Positions 45,687-55,214 of a stretch of 57,139 nt of DNA are shown here, piece after piece. Under the pieces are notes generated by a model that saw only the letters and a list, made by a program, of their open reading frames with translations, did not search any database and was not told the origin of the DNA. The position numbers and the translations under genes were made by a program. Source of the DNA: a virus (lineage: Duplodnaviria; Caudoviricetes); IMG/VR virus record IMGVR_UViG_3300047554_000764, positions 1-57,139 of that record. One strand, given 5' to 3'. Numbering within the stretch: position 1 is the stretch's first letter; each line of letters opens with the position of its first letter.

Positions 45687-46082
45687 ATGCAAAAAGAAAC
45701 AAAATGTATGTTTGTGTACAGCACAGACTGGTATGGACGCAAAAGCTTCCGCATGTTACCATTATCAATGGAGTGTCCTTTTAATGAGGTGATCTATGAT
45801 CCAAACACACGTGTACTTGCTGTAATTAGCAAGGACAAAAAAGACAAACCACAAATGCTTCCAAAGTTAACAGACAAAGGTCAAGTAATTCCTTTGCGTG
45901 GTGCAGAAGGACAGCAGTATGTTGAAGAACGTAGGATTATGGAAACATACTATGAGTACTACATTGATAAGAAGAGTGACATTGAACGCTTTATTCAAAT
46001 GTTTGCTTTGAACTCTGATCATGAAGCATTGAACATCATTAATGAACCAATTGATTTAAGTAATCCTGAAACAGAAAATTAA
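45687..46082 (+). CDS. Conserved hypothetical protein
   Basis: 131 aa; CPFNEVIYDP, EERR. Confidence 0.8.
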   Translation: MQKETKCMFVYSTDWYGRKSFRMLPLSMECPFNEVIYDPNTRVLAVISKDKKDKPQMLPKLTDKGQVIPLRGAEGQQYVEERRIMETYYEYYIDKKSDIERFIQMFALNSDHEALNIINEPIDLSNPETEN

Positions 46083-48052
46083 TGACTAGACAGCGAAAAT
46101 TCTGGATAATGGACTATGAAACCATTATCAATTGTTTTGTTGCTGTTTTTAGGTCTTATGATTCTGATGAACAACACATCTTTGTGATTGGTAAACAACG
46201 CAATGATACTTATGAGTTTATTAGATTTTTACTTGAAAATCAGCAAAATAGAGATTGGCATTTTGGTTACAATAACTTAGCGTTTGACGCGCAGATTACT
46301 GAACATATTCTTGAGAACTTAGATTTTTACTCTGGTCTTCAGGGTGAAGAATTTGCAGCAAGAATTTATGCTTATGTAAAAACTATTATTGACAAGTCTA
46401 ACAGGGGTGAATTCCTTGATTATCCAGAATTTAAGCTTACTATTCCATGTGTAGATATATTTAAGCTGAACCATTGGGACAGTAATGCAAAACGTACTTC
46501 TCTAAAATGGGTTCAGTTTTCTATGGATTGGTTTAATGTAGAAGAGATGCCTCATCCACATAATCAACCAGTAGAAGATCAAGAAACACTGGATATGGTT
46601 GTTAACTACTGTATCAATGACGTACTCTCAACAAAAGAAATCTTTATACTAAAGAATCCAAAAGGAGAGCAAGTAATGGCAAGTCAGATCAACCTTAGAG
46701 CTGAACTGAGTGCCACATATAACCTTTCTTTGCACAGTGCAAGTGAACCTCGCATAAGTAAAGAAATGTTCTTACACTTCTTGAGTGATAAGTTAGGAAG
46801 AAACAAAAATGATATTAAAATAATGAAGACAGAACGTCCTTTTGTTACTGTAAGAGATATCATTTTACCTTTTGTTGAATTTCAAACTCCTGAGTTTAAA
46901 GCTGTACACAACTGGTTCAAAAGTCTAGTTGTTGATACATCAATAAACACTGAAAAAGAAGAAGCGGGTCCTAAATATAGGATGAATTTCAAAAACACGC
47001 CTACAGATTATGGATTGGGTGGACTACATGGTTGTATTAAATCTGGTATATATGAAGCTACACCTGGAAAAAAGATTCTGAGTGCTGACGTTACTTCATT
47101 TTATCCAAATTTAGCAATTAAAAACAACTGGTCCCCTGCTCATTTACCAAAAGAAGAGTTCTGTGAACTGTATGAGTGGTTCTTTGAAGAGCGTAAGAAG
47201 TACCCAAAATCTTCTCCACTAAACTACTTATTTAAGATTATTCTTAACTCAACTTATGGTTTAAGTAAGAACAAGTATTCTTTCCTATATGATCCTGAGT
47301 TTACATTCAGAATTACTGTGAATGGACAATTACTTCTTAGTATGCTGTATGAGATGATTGCAACTAGAATTCCTGGTGCAATTCCATTGATGCAAAATAC
47401 GGATGGTCTTGAATTTCTTGTAGATGAGGAACATGAATCTAAGTTTTATGACATATGCAAAGAGTGGGAAGCATTAACTCAATTACAACTTGAAACTGTT
47501 GAATACCAGAAAATGATTATTGGTGATGTAAATAACTACATTGCAATATACAAAGATGGTAAAACAAAGTGTAAAGGACGTTTTGAGTTTGATGAATTAG
47601 CACTACATAAGAACAAATCTTTACTGATTGTTCCTAAAGCTTGGTATGCTTATTTTGTTAAAGGAAAAGATCCAGCAGAATTCTTAAAAGAAAACCGCAA
47701 CATCTATGATTATTGCGTTGGTGCAAAACTTAGAGGTGACTGGTATTTTGAAGAAAGAGGATTCAAAAATGGTGAATATGTAACAAACAAACTTCAAAAG
47801 TTAGTGCGTTACTATATTTCTGAGAATGGAATTAAAATTATCAAGTGCAACCCAGATGGCAGGGAAATCCAACTGGAGAGTGGAAAAGCTCTTCAAACAA
47901 TCTTCAATAAATTTGAAGACAAACCATGGGAAGAATACAAGGTAGATGAAAAGTTTTATCTAGATAAGATCTATGAAGAGATTAAAAAGATAGAAAAAAC
48001 ATCTGATGTTCTTCCTCCACATATGCAATTAACACAATTATCTCTCTTTTAA
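46082..48052 (+). CDS. polB: DNA polymerase family B with 3'-5' exonuclease
   Basis: DYET, YNNLAFD, YCINDV; DVTSFYP, KIILNSTYG, NTDG. Confidence 0.94.
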   Translation: MTRQRKFWIMDYETIINCFVAVFRSYDSDEQHIFVIGKQRNDTYEFIRFLLENQQNRDWHFGYNNLAFDAQITEHILENLDFYSGLQGEEFAARIYAYVKTIIDKSNRGEFLDYPEFKLTIPCVDIFKLNHWDSNAKRTSLKWVQFSMDWFNVEEMPHPHNQPVEDQETLDMVVNYCINDVLSTKEIFILKNPKGEQVMASQINLRAELSATYNLSLHSASEPRISKEMFLHFLSDKLGRNKNDIKIMKTERPFVTVRDIILPFVEFQTPEFKAVHNWFKSLVVDTSINTEKEEAGPKYRMNFKNTPTDYGLGGLHGCIKSGIYEATPGKKILSADVTSFYPNLAIKNNWSPAHLPKEEFCELYEWFFEERKKYPKSSPLNYLFKIILNSTYGLSKNKYSFLYDPEFTFRITVNGQLLLSMLYEMIATRIPGAIPLMQNTDGLEFLVDEEHESKFYDICKEWEALTQLQLETVEYQKMIIGDVNNYIAIYKDGKTKCKGRFEFDELALHKNKSLLIVPKAWYAYFVKGKDPAEFLKENRNIYDYCVGAKLRGDWYFEERGFKNGEYVTNKLQKLVRYYISENGIKIIKCNPDGREIQLESGKALQTIFNKFEDKPWEEYKVDEKFYLDKIYEEIKKIEKTSDVLPPHMQLTQLSLF

Positions 48053-48053
48053 T

Positions 48054-48884
48054 ATGAAAAGAACAATGAGCGGAATGCAAGCGTATTCCAAAATGATTGG
48101 TGCAGGATTACCTGCAAAAACTGACACATACACGCCAATTGCTCACAGTAATGTGATCAATAGAGTGCGTTCTGAAATCACAAATGCTGGTTTCATCATT
48201 ACAGGTGAAGAGTATCGTTGTTCAAATGATGCTCAGGTAGCCGTAGGAACCTTCAGGATGAATTATAAAGCTGATCCAGACATTGAGTTGTCTGCCAACT
48301 TTTTAAACTCTTACAACAAGCAATATGCGTTTCGTTTCAACCTTGGTGGACTTGTAAAAGTTTGCAACAATGGTATGATGCTTAACAATAACAAATTTGG
48401 TGCGTACAAACGCGTACATAAAGGTGCTGCTGACTTGTTAGCTGAAGGTAAAATTGGCGAGTTTATTAAAGACTCAGAATTATACTGGGAAAACCTTGTT
48501 GAACATAAGGATAAGATGAAAGATGTACTTCTTACATCTACTGCTCAACATGATTTGTTAGGTGAATTGTTTTTCAAAAAGAAAATTTTGAACACAATGC
48601 AGCTCAATCAAATTCGTACTGAGTTGGAAAAACCAAGTTTTGAGTACAAAGTTGACTCTGATAGTGCTTGGGCGTTATATAATCACATAACACTTTCACT
48701 AAAAGATTCTCATCCGTCTACATGGATGGATGATCAAGTAGCTGTTCATGAAGTTTTTGCAAATATGCTTGGACTTGAGCACACCTTTGATGAAGAAACT
48801 GAAGCAATTTCTATAGTAGAAGCAGAACCTTCAGTTTATGAAGTCAAAACTGAGGAGGAAATTTTTGAAATTACTCCATTTTAA
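48054..48884 (+). CDS. DUF932-like protein
   Basis: YTPIAH, NSY.K, VC.NGM, H.G, W.LYN..T motifs. Confidence 0.75.
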   Translation: MKRTMSGMQAYSKMIGAGLPAKTDTYTPIAHSNVINRVRSEITNAGFIITGEEYRCSNDAQVAVGTFRMNYKADPDIELSANFLNSYNKQYAFRFNLGGLVKVCNNGMMLNNNKFGAYKRVHKGAADLLAEGKIGEFIKDSELYWENLVEHKDKMKDVLLTSTAQHDLLGELFFKKKILNTMQLNQIRTELEKPSFEYKVDSDSAWALYNHITLSLKDSHPSTWMDDQVAVHEVFANMLGLEHTFDEETEAISIVEAEPSVYEVKTEEEIFEITPF

Positions 48885-48957
48885 TTGTTAATGACAAAAG
48901 ACAGGGGCCTAAAAACCCCTGTTCTATTGTTTACAGTAAACCATAAACTATAAACAA

Positions 48958-49125
48958 ATGATAGACATTATCAAAGAGGCTTATTTAAAAGTCAAAAACA
49001 GAAACACATCATTAAACAGAGTACGACTTCTCAGAAGGTATTTGAGAATGAGGTACAGACTTGACATTTCAAAACCCAGTTTAATAACCAGACTAAGAGA
49101 ATGGAAAAAAGAAAACAACCAGTAA
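48958..49125 (+). CDS. 55-aa basic hypothetical protein (not in track)
   Basis: MIDIIKEAYLKVKNRNTSLNRVRLLRRYLRMRYRLDIS... Confidence 0.6.
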   Translation: MIDIIKEAYLKVKNRNTSLNRVRLLRRYLRMRYRLDISKPSLITRLREWKKENNQ

Positions 49126-49835
49126 GACTGATAGGAATATCAGGAAAGATTGGTTCAGGAAAAGATACTTTTGCTGAGCTAATTAAGATTATTGTAAGCA
49201 CTCCTTACTTGACTGACGCTACAATTGAGCACTATTTAAAAATGCCAAATCCAAATGTTATTAAAACAGAATGGACAGTAAAGAAATTTGCTGGCAAATT
49301 AAAAGAAGTTGCTTCATTACTCACAGGAATACCTGTTTACAAATTTGAAGACCAAGAATTTAAGAAATCACTTTTAGGTGAAGAATGGGCAACACCCACA
49401 ACATCTAGTCCTCTTAACGCTGTTGAACCTTTTAAAGACATTACGTTTTTAGAGATGATGAGTGTACGTGAGTTTTTACAAAAACTTGGAACTGAAGCTA
49501 TGCGCAACGGATTACATACAAACACTTGGGTTAACGCCACATTTGCAACGTATAACAATACAAGCAGATGGTTAATTACAGATGTGCGTTTTCCAAATGA
49601 AGCAGAAGCTGTAAAACAAAAAGGAGGACTTCTTGTTAGAATTAATAGAAATTCTGACACAGGAGATCATCCATCAGAAACATCGCTTGACAATTATGAT
49701 TTTGAAATCACAATTGACAACACAGGCACATTACAAGAATTAATTACCAAAACCAAAGAATTCTGTGAAACATTTAATCTTATTCCTCCACTAGAAGAAG
49801 AAGACTTTCCTGCTCACACTGAAGGATTCTTTTAA
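49101..49835 (+). CDS. Deoxynucleoside monophosphate kinase
   Basis: GKIGSGKDT, FA..LK, R..LQ.LGTE..R, ITDVRFPNE, H.SE. Confidence 0.92.
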   Translation: MEKRKQPVRLIGISGKIGSGKDTFAELIKIIVSTPYLTDATIEHYLKMPNPNVIKTEWTVKKFAGKLKEVASLLTGIPVYKFEDQEFKKSLLGEEWATPTTSSPLNAVEPFKDITFLEMMSVREFLQKLGTEAMRNGLHTNTWVNATFATYNNTSRWLITDVRFPNEAEAVKQKGGLLVRINRNSDTGDHPSETSLDNYDFEITIDNTGTLQELITKTKEFCETFNLIPPLEEEDFPAHTEGFF

Positions 49836-49846
49836 ATCCAAAAGCT

Positions 49847-50176
49847 ATGCTTGACAAAAACAAACTTTATTTAGTGTTAGATCCTGAAGGACATAATGTA
49901 GAATATACAATTCATGTTCCTGCAGATGAAGACCTCTATGTTATGAGAAGGTCTAAAAGTAGTACCTGGTCTGATCATGTTCAAGATGAAATAATAATGA
50001 CTGTATTTAATACAGGAAATGGTTATAGAATCAAATGGGAAGAAAAGACTGGTAAAGTATTGGATTATTCTCAGATTGCTGAACTGACAATTATGCTAAA
50101 CTTCATTAACCATAATGAGACTATGCCTAACAAGTATACAATTGTTGATGCTGATGATATTGTAGAACTGGTTTAA
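49847..50176 (+). CDS. Hypothetical protein
   Basis: 109 aa. Confidence 0.72.
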   Translation: MLDKNKLYLVLDPEGHNVEYTIHVPADEDLYVMRRSKSSTWSDHVQDEIIMTVFNTGNGYRIKWEEKTGKVLDYSQIAELTIMLNFINHNETMPNKYTIVDADDIVELV

Positions 50177-50181
50177 AACGA

Positions 50182-50206
50182 AAATCCCCCTGAAAAGGGG
50201 GACTTT
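50182..50206. terminator. Terminator hairpin between convergent operons
   Basis: TCCCCC-TGAAAA-GGGGGA. Confidence 0.7.
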
Positions 50207-50258
50207 CTACAGAAGAAGAAACCAACTAAACTATTGAAGTATAGCTTTTTTTAATATT

Positions 50259-50912
50259 TTAAGATAAGCTTTTCAGCATCTCTATCATTTTTGGGTGTGG
50301 ATATATATCAACTTTGTCTTTTCTTACAGAGTTATGTGTGTAAATACCCGCTTCACCTTTAAGAGCTCTTGGAGTAATGTCCCAAATGTCTTCATTATAA
50401 GATAAGGGAATTTGATAAGTTTCCTTCCATAAGAGCAATAATTCTTTTACACTTGCAATTTGAGCATCTGTATAATTGTGAAAATACTTGTATCCTTTAT
50501 AGGGTTTTTCCAATGTACAAACCTCATCTGCAGGTACTTCTCTATTGACATAATTGTAAAACTTGCCGTCTTTTAAAGTAAGTTGGCCCCAGTTGCAAAT
50601 CTCAATACCAATTGATATCTTATCAAGGCTTTGGTACTTAACGCCATGTTTTGTAAAAATCTCTTGCTTTAATCCTAGATGGTAAGCCCAGAATTTAGAA
50701 CTGTATCCCTGAACAATTTGACCATCAACTGTATTTTTTCCCTTACCAGAAATGGCTACACATGTTGCAATTCTTTCTGAATTAGAGGACCATCCTGCAA
50801 ATACCTGTTCACCACTTGCGTTACCTGCAGTGTGATGTAAAAAGATTTGTTTTTTAGGATGCTGTTCTTGAAAGTATTGACTTGTTGGGAACTCAACTTG
50901 TTTAATATTCAT
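50259..50912 (-). CDS. N-acetylmuramoyl-L-alanine amidase (endolysin)
   Basis: IFLHHTAG, WAYHLG, SIGIEICN, HNSVRKDKVD. Confidence 0.9.
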   Translation of the reverse strand: MNIKQVEFPTSQYFQEQHPKKQIFLHHTAGNASGEQVFAGWSSNSERIATCVAISGKGKNTVDGQIVQGYSSKFWAYHLGLKQEIFTKHGVKYQSLDKISIGIEICNWGQLTLKDGKFYNYVNREVPADEVCTLEKPYKGYKYFHNYTDAQIASVKELLLLWKETYQIPLSYNEDIWDITPRALKGEAGIYTHNSVRKDKVDIYPHPKMIEMLKSLS

Positions 50913-50914
50913 GG

Positions 50915-51532
50915 TTAATCTTTTTTAAGTTTAATTTTCCAGTACATTGAAAAGCCAAAATATGGTTGCAAGTTCTGAGAAATCCCAGTATGCAATCCAT
51001 ATATCTGATCTTTTTTGTTTTTGTAAAGTAAACCAGTTTGTAAATTAGATAACCCAAGACCATTGTCTATAGAAATTCCACCTCCTATATACAATTGCCT
51101 GCGTGGTTGAGGAAGCACTGTAGCTACAACAGTTGGTAACTTATAATTGTGCTTATATAACCTAGTCTTAATGTTGTTGTATTGAATAGTATCTGTTACA
51201 ACAATAAATCCAAGAGTATCCAGTTGTACTGAATCACGATATATATTTCTTGTTCCATAGTTCTTTGCTAAAAGTTCATATTGAATTTTAAGTTTGTCAT
51301 AATTTGTGTCTGGAACAAAAACACTGTCACCAGGTAGAAAAGTAGTGTCTCTCAGAATTAAAGGTACACGTTTTGTTTCTGTTTTAGTGACTGTTTTCCA
51401 AATTGTATCATAAACAACTTCAGCTTTACCTGGTTTTAGACCAGTAATATTACCTGAAGGTGTACATGATCGCTGTAAAAGAATTATGAAAACTAGTACT
51501 GCAATAACTATTAAATAAATTCGTTGGCTCAT
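50915..51532 (-). CDS. Membrane-anchored lysis-associated protein (spanin-like)
   Basis: N-terminal TM ending LLQRSC, repeated DT motifs, beta-rich C-terminus; in lysis cassette. Confidence 0.55.
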   Translation of the reverse strand: MSQRIYLIVIAVLVFIILLQRSCTPSGNITGLKPGKAEVVYDTIWKTVTKTETKRVPLILRDTTFLPGDSVFVPDTNYDKLKIQYELLAKNYGTRNIYRDSVQLDTLGFIVVTDTIQYNNIKTRLYKHNYKLPTVVATVLPQPRRQLYIGGGISIDNGLGLSNLQTGLLYKNKKDQIYGLHTGISQNLQPYFGFSMYWKIKLKKD

Positions 51533-51550
51533 TGGTTTTATTTTTTTTTG

Positions 51551-51823
51551 TTAGACTTCTGGGTCAGGTTCCTTTTTATCTGGTTTCTTGTAAGAGAATT
51601 TATCAAAAGTGTCAGCTCCCATACCTATTGCTGTAATCACCATTACTGCATTGATTAAATCAGCTGAAGGTTTAAAATCAGGTTTCATAGCACTGATTGT
51701 CATCGTTACACACAAAAACAAAGCACCTATAATAGCAATCACAGGTTTTACAGAAACTGCACCTCTTTCATCTTTGGTGAGTTCATGTATCCACTTTCTT
51801 AATGATGTAAGATATTTTCTCAT
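51551..51823 (-). CDS. Putative holin
   Basis: Two TM helices, charged tail, upstream of endolysin. Confidence 0.65.
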   Translation of the reverse strand: MRKYLTSLRKWIHELTKDERGAVSVKPVIAIIGALFLCVTMTISAMKPDFKPSADLINAVMVITAIGMGADTFDKFSYKKPDKKEPDPEV

Positions 51824-51829
51824 GATTTA

Positions 51830-52171
51830 TTATTTTCTTTTTTTAGGAACAGGTACTAACTCATATTCCTCATCTTTGTAGATGGCCGTTTGTCTCTCTT
51901 TTGTGTTTTGTGGTGAATTACCAGAATTTGGATCTGATGGTTGTGATTGTGTAAAAACATAGTTTTTAAGAATCTTTACATCATCTTCTAGCTGTTCAAT
52001 TTTAACTCTGTCAGCGCTTTGTTGGGTAAGTAAAAGTTTAACGTCATTGCGCATTTCCGTCACATCTCTCCAGAGTAACATGCCTACAATGCCAATAAGA
52101 ACAGGACTAGCCCACTCTTTAAGTATGCTAATAACCTCTTCTTTAGGATAAGACCCTCTATTTTTTTCCAT
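51830..52171 (-). CDS. Single-TM coiled-coil protein (holin/antiholin-like)
   Basis: WASPVLIGIVGMLLW TM followed by coiled coil. Confidence 0.6.
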   Translation of the reverse strand: MEKNRGSYPKEEVISILKEWASPVLIGIVGMLLWRDVTEMRNDVKLLLTQQSADRVKIEQLEDDVKILKNYVFTQSQPSDPNSGNSPQNTKERQTAIYKDEEYELVPVPKKRK

Positions 52172-52420
52172 TTTTGTAAGAATATAAGTTTATAAAACAA
52201 TAAATTATACTCCTACCTCTCTCATATATAATATAGTCAATTATCTCTAAACTCCAAAAATAAACTGCTATAATTTCTTTGTCTTTAAAAATAAATTCAT
52301 GATCTTTGTTCTCCCTATGAACTTTTTTGATTTTGACAAAATTGCTTCTAATTGTCTTGGCAATGACAGCTAGAATTTGTATATTATTTGAGTGGTTCTT
52401 CCTATAAGAATCATTCATTC

Positions 52421-52456
52421 AACCTGGAAAGCTTTAAAACTTTGCCAGGTTTTTTT
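52421..52456 (+). terminator. Terminator-like hairpin in the nrdB upstream region
   Basis: AACCTGG-AAAG...CTTT-G-CCAGGTT followed by Ts. Confidence 0.6.
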
Positions 52457-52519
52457 GCCAATAACGTACTGTGTATCAGTATTTTACCTTTTAAAAATTA
52501 ACAATTAATATAAACAACC

Positions 52520-53494
52520 ATGGGTATTTTTGACAAACGTGTGGCATTCAAGCCCTATGAGTATCCTGAAATTATCAAATTCAGAGATGCCATTAAACAC
52601 AGTCGCTGGGATGTAGAAGAGTTTAACTTTGACTCTGATGCATTTGACTTTAAACACAAACTCACAAATGCTGAAAAGGAAGCAATCAAGCGTACTTTAT
52701 TAGCCATCTCACAGATTGAAGTATCTGTGAAGACATTCTGGGCAAAACTTGGTGATCATATTCCTAAGCCAGAATTTAATTCAGTTGGAATTACATTTGC
52801 AGAAAATGAAGTTGTCCATTCTGAAGCTTACTCAAAATTACTAGAAGTACTTGGTTTAAACAATGAGTTTGATATGTTACTGCAGAATCCTGTTATTGGA
52901 GGAAGAGTTGATTATCTTACAAAGTATTTAAAGAACTCTGGTGAAAACGCAAAACAAGTTTACACTCTTAACTTGGCATTGTTCTCAATGTTTATTGAAA
53001 ATGTTTCATTATTTAGTCAATTTGCAATTGTTAAATCTTTTATTGAAAAGAAAAACATGCTTAAAGAGGTTGATACCGTGATTGAAGCAACAATGAAAGA
53101 AGAGATTATTCACGCACAGTTAGGAATGCATGTAATCAATTTAATTAAAAAAGAGTATCCTGAATGGTTTGACCAAGATTTTTATGACAAGATTTACAGG
53201 GCTTGTAAAAAAGCTTTTGATGCTGAAGTAAAAATTATTGACTGGATTTTTGAAGAAGGGACCATTGACAGTGTTTCTAAAGAAGCTGTTATTGAGTTTA
53301 TCAAATCTAGGTTTAACTCATCATTAGTTGCCATTGGTGGCAAAGAACTATTTGAGATTGATCAAGAAGTATTAGGCGAACTATACTGGATGATTGAAGC
53401 AATCTATGGATATGTACGCAATGACTTCTTTAATACTCAAGGAACTAACTACACTAAATTTCAAAAATCTATAACAAGTAAAGACTTATTTTAA
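52520..53494 (+). CDS. nrdB: Ribonucleotide reductase beta subunit (class Id-like)
   Basis: QIEVSVK, E..HSEAY, IENVSLFSQF, EEIIH, C-terminal NYTK...DLF. Confidence 0.93.
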   Translation: MGIFDKRVAFKPYEYPEIIKFRDAIKHSRWDVEEFNFDSDAFDFKHKLTNAEKEAIKRTLLAISQIEVSVKTFWAKLGDHIPKPEFNSVGITFAENEVVHSEAYSKLLEVLGLNNEFDMLLQNPVIGGRVDYLTKYLKNSGENAKQVYTLNLALFSMFIENVSLFSQFAIVKSFIEKKNMLKEVDTVIEATMKEEIIHAQLGMHVINLIKKEYPEWFDQDFYDKIYRACKKAFDAEVKIIDWIFEEGTIDSVSKEAVIEFIKSRFNSSLVAIGGKELFEIDQEVLGELYWMIEAIYGYVRNDFFNTQGTNYTKFQKSITSKDLF

Positions 53495-53495
53495 C

Positions 53496-55145
53496 ATGGC
53501 AACAAAAATGGACTGGTACACCCCCCTCAGTGAAGAATTTATGGGAAGAGGGTATTTTCACAACAACGAATCTATTGAAGATAGAATTGAATCAATTGCT
53601 AATCTAGTTGGCAAAACTTACAATGACAAAACATTAACAGAAAAAGTCAAAGACTACATTGAAAAAGGATACTATGTATTACCATCTCCTGTTTGGAGCA
53701 ATGTAGGAACTGGACGTGGTTCTGGTATCTCATGTTTTAACACCCACATTAGTGATAGTATTGAGTCTATTGTAAAAGCTAATGCTGAAGTAGGCATGCT
53801 TTGCAAAATTGGAGGAGGAACTTCTGGTTATTTTGGCGATTTGCGTCCAGCAGGTACAGCAATTTCAACTGGTGGTGAAACTCATGGAGCTGTACATTTT
53901 ATGCAAATGTTTGATGTTACAAAAAATGTAATTTCTCAAGGTAATGTAAGACGCGGTGAGTTTGCTGCGTATCTAGATATTACTCATGGTGATATTAAAG
54001 ATTTTTTGAGAATCAATGGTGAAGGGCATAAACTACAGCGTTTTCCTTTTGGAGTTTGTGTAAATGACAAATGGCTTGAAGAAATGAAAGCTGGTGATAT
54101 GGACAAGCGTGAACTTTGGGCAATGGTAATTGACAGTAGAAACAGAACAGGATTCCCTTATATTTTCTTTTCTGACAACGTTAATAACAATACTGTTGAT
54201 GTATATACAGATACAGAAGCCCGCATCAATTCTTCTAACATGTGTACTGAAATTTTACTTCCTTCTACTGAAGAAGAATCATTTGTGTGTGATCTTGTTG
54301 GAATGAACCTTGTCAAGTTTGATGAGTGGAAAGACACAGATGCTGTTAGAATTGCTGTTTATATTGCAGATGCTGTACTAGAAGAATTTATTCAAGCTTA
54401 TTCAAACAAACCTTTCATTGAACGCGCAATACGTTTTGCCAAAAGACATAGAGCTATTGGAATAGGAGCATCAGGATATCACTCATACTTGCAAAGTAAA
54501 ATGATTCCTTTTGAGTCTATGGAAGCAAAAATGACAAATAACTTGATCTTTAAAACAATTCAAGATCAAGCTTGGGCTGCGTCAGCTGAAATGGCTGAGA
54601 AATATGGTGAGCCTGAAGTTTTAAAAGGATATGGAAGACGTCACACAACATTGACAGCTGTGGCTCCTAACACATCTTCTTCTTTCATCATGGGTCAACA
54701 GTCACAAAGTATTGAACCATATACAAGTAACTACTACATCAAAAAGACAGCAAAAGTTAAGCATGCTGTAAAGAATCCTTATCTTAAAGAACTTCTTGCT
54801 GAAAAAGGTAAAGATACTATGGAAGTATGGGAATCAATTTTACAAAAGGCAGGAAGTGTTCAACACTTGTCCTTTTTATCAGAAGATGAAAAACTTGTAT
54901 TCAGAACTTTTATGGAAATTTCTCAGATGGAAATTATTATTCAAGCTTCAACTCGTCAAAAATACATTGACCAGGGTCAAAGTTTGAACTTGATGATTCA
55001 CCCCCAAACTCCTACTAAAGATATCAATACTTTGTTGTTAAAAGCTCATGAACTGGGAATCAAAACTTTGTATTACCAGTTAGGACAAAACGCAGCACAA
55101 GAATTTGCAAGAGATATTCTTTCTTGTGAATCATGTGCAGGATAA
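53496..55145 (+). CDS. nrdA: Ribonucleotide reductase alpha subunit (short, no ATP cone)
   Basis: ISCF, GGGTS, RRG, SNMCTEI, APNTSSS, IDQGQSLN, KTLYY, C-terminal CESCAG. Confidence 0.95.
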   Translation: MATKMDWYTPLSEEFMGRGYFHNNESIEDRIESIANLVGKTYNDKTLTEKVKDYIEKGYYVLPSPVWSNVGTGRGSGISCFNTHISDSIESIVKANAEVGMLCKIGGGTSGYFGDLRPAGTAISTGGETHGAVHFMQMFDVTKNVISQGNVRRGEFAAYLDITHGDIKDFLRINGEGHKLQRFPFGVCVNDKWLEEMKAGDMDKRELWAMVIDSRNRTGFPYIFFSDNVNNNTVDVYTDTEARINSSNMCTEILLPSTEEESFVCDLVGMNLVKFDEWKDTDAVRIAVYIADAVLEEFIQAYSNKPFIERAIRFAKRHRAIGIGASGYHSYLQSKMIPFESMEAKMTNNLIFKTIQDQAWAASAEMAEKYGEPEVLKGYGRRHTTLTAVAPNTSSSFIMGQQSQSIEPYTSNYYIKKTAKVKHAVKNPYLKELLAEKGKDTMEVWESILQKAGSVQHLSFLSEDEKLVFRTFMEISQMEIIIQASTRQKYIDQGQSLNLMIHPQTPTKDINTLLLKAHELGIKTLYYQLGQNAAQEFARDILSCESCAG

Positions 55146-55214
55146 TTTATTTGAGTTAGTGGTCGCAATTTGCGACCTCTAATTCTTAACTTTGAATTTT
55201 AAAAACCAATTTAC

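Noticed and set aside
52158-52418. Track ORF upstream of the lysis cassette
   Set aside because: Spans the divergent promoter/leader region with no convincing protein features
46082-55145. Introns or inteins in polB, nrdA or nrdB (and terL)
   Set aside because: Proteins are continuous and of compact length with no intein or splice signatures
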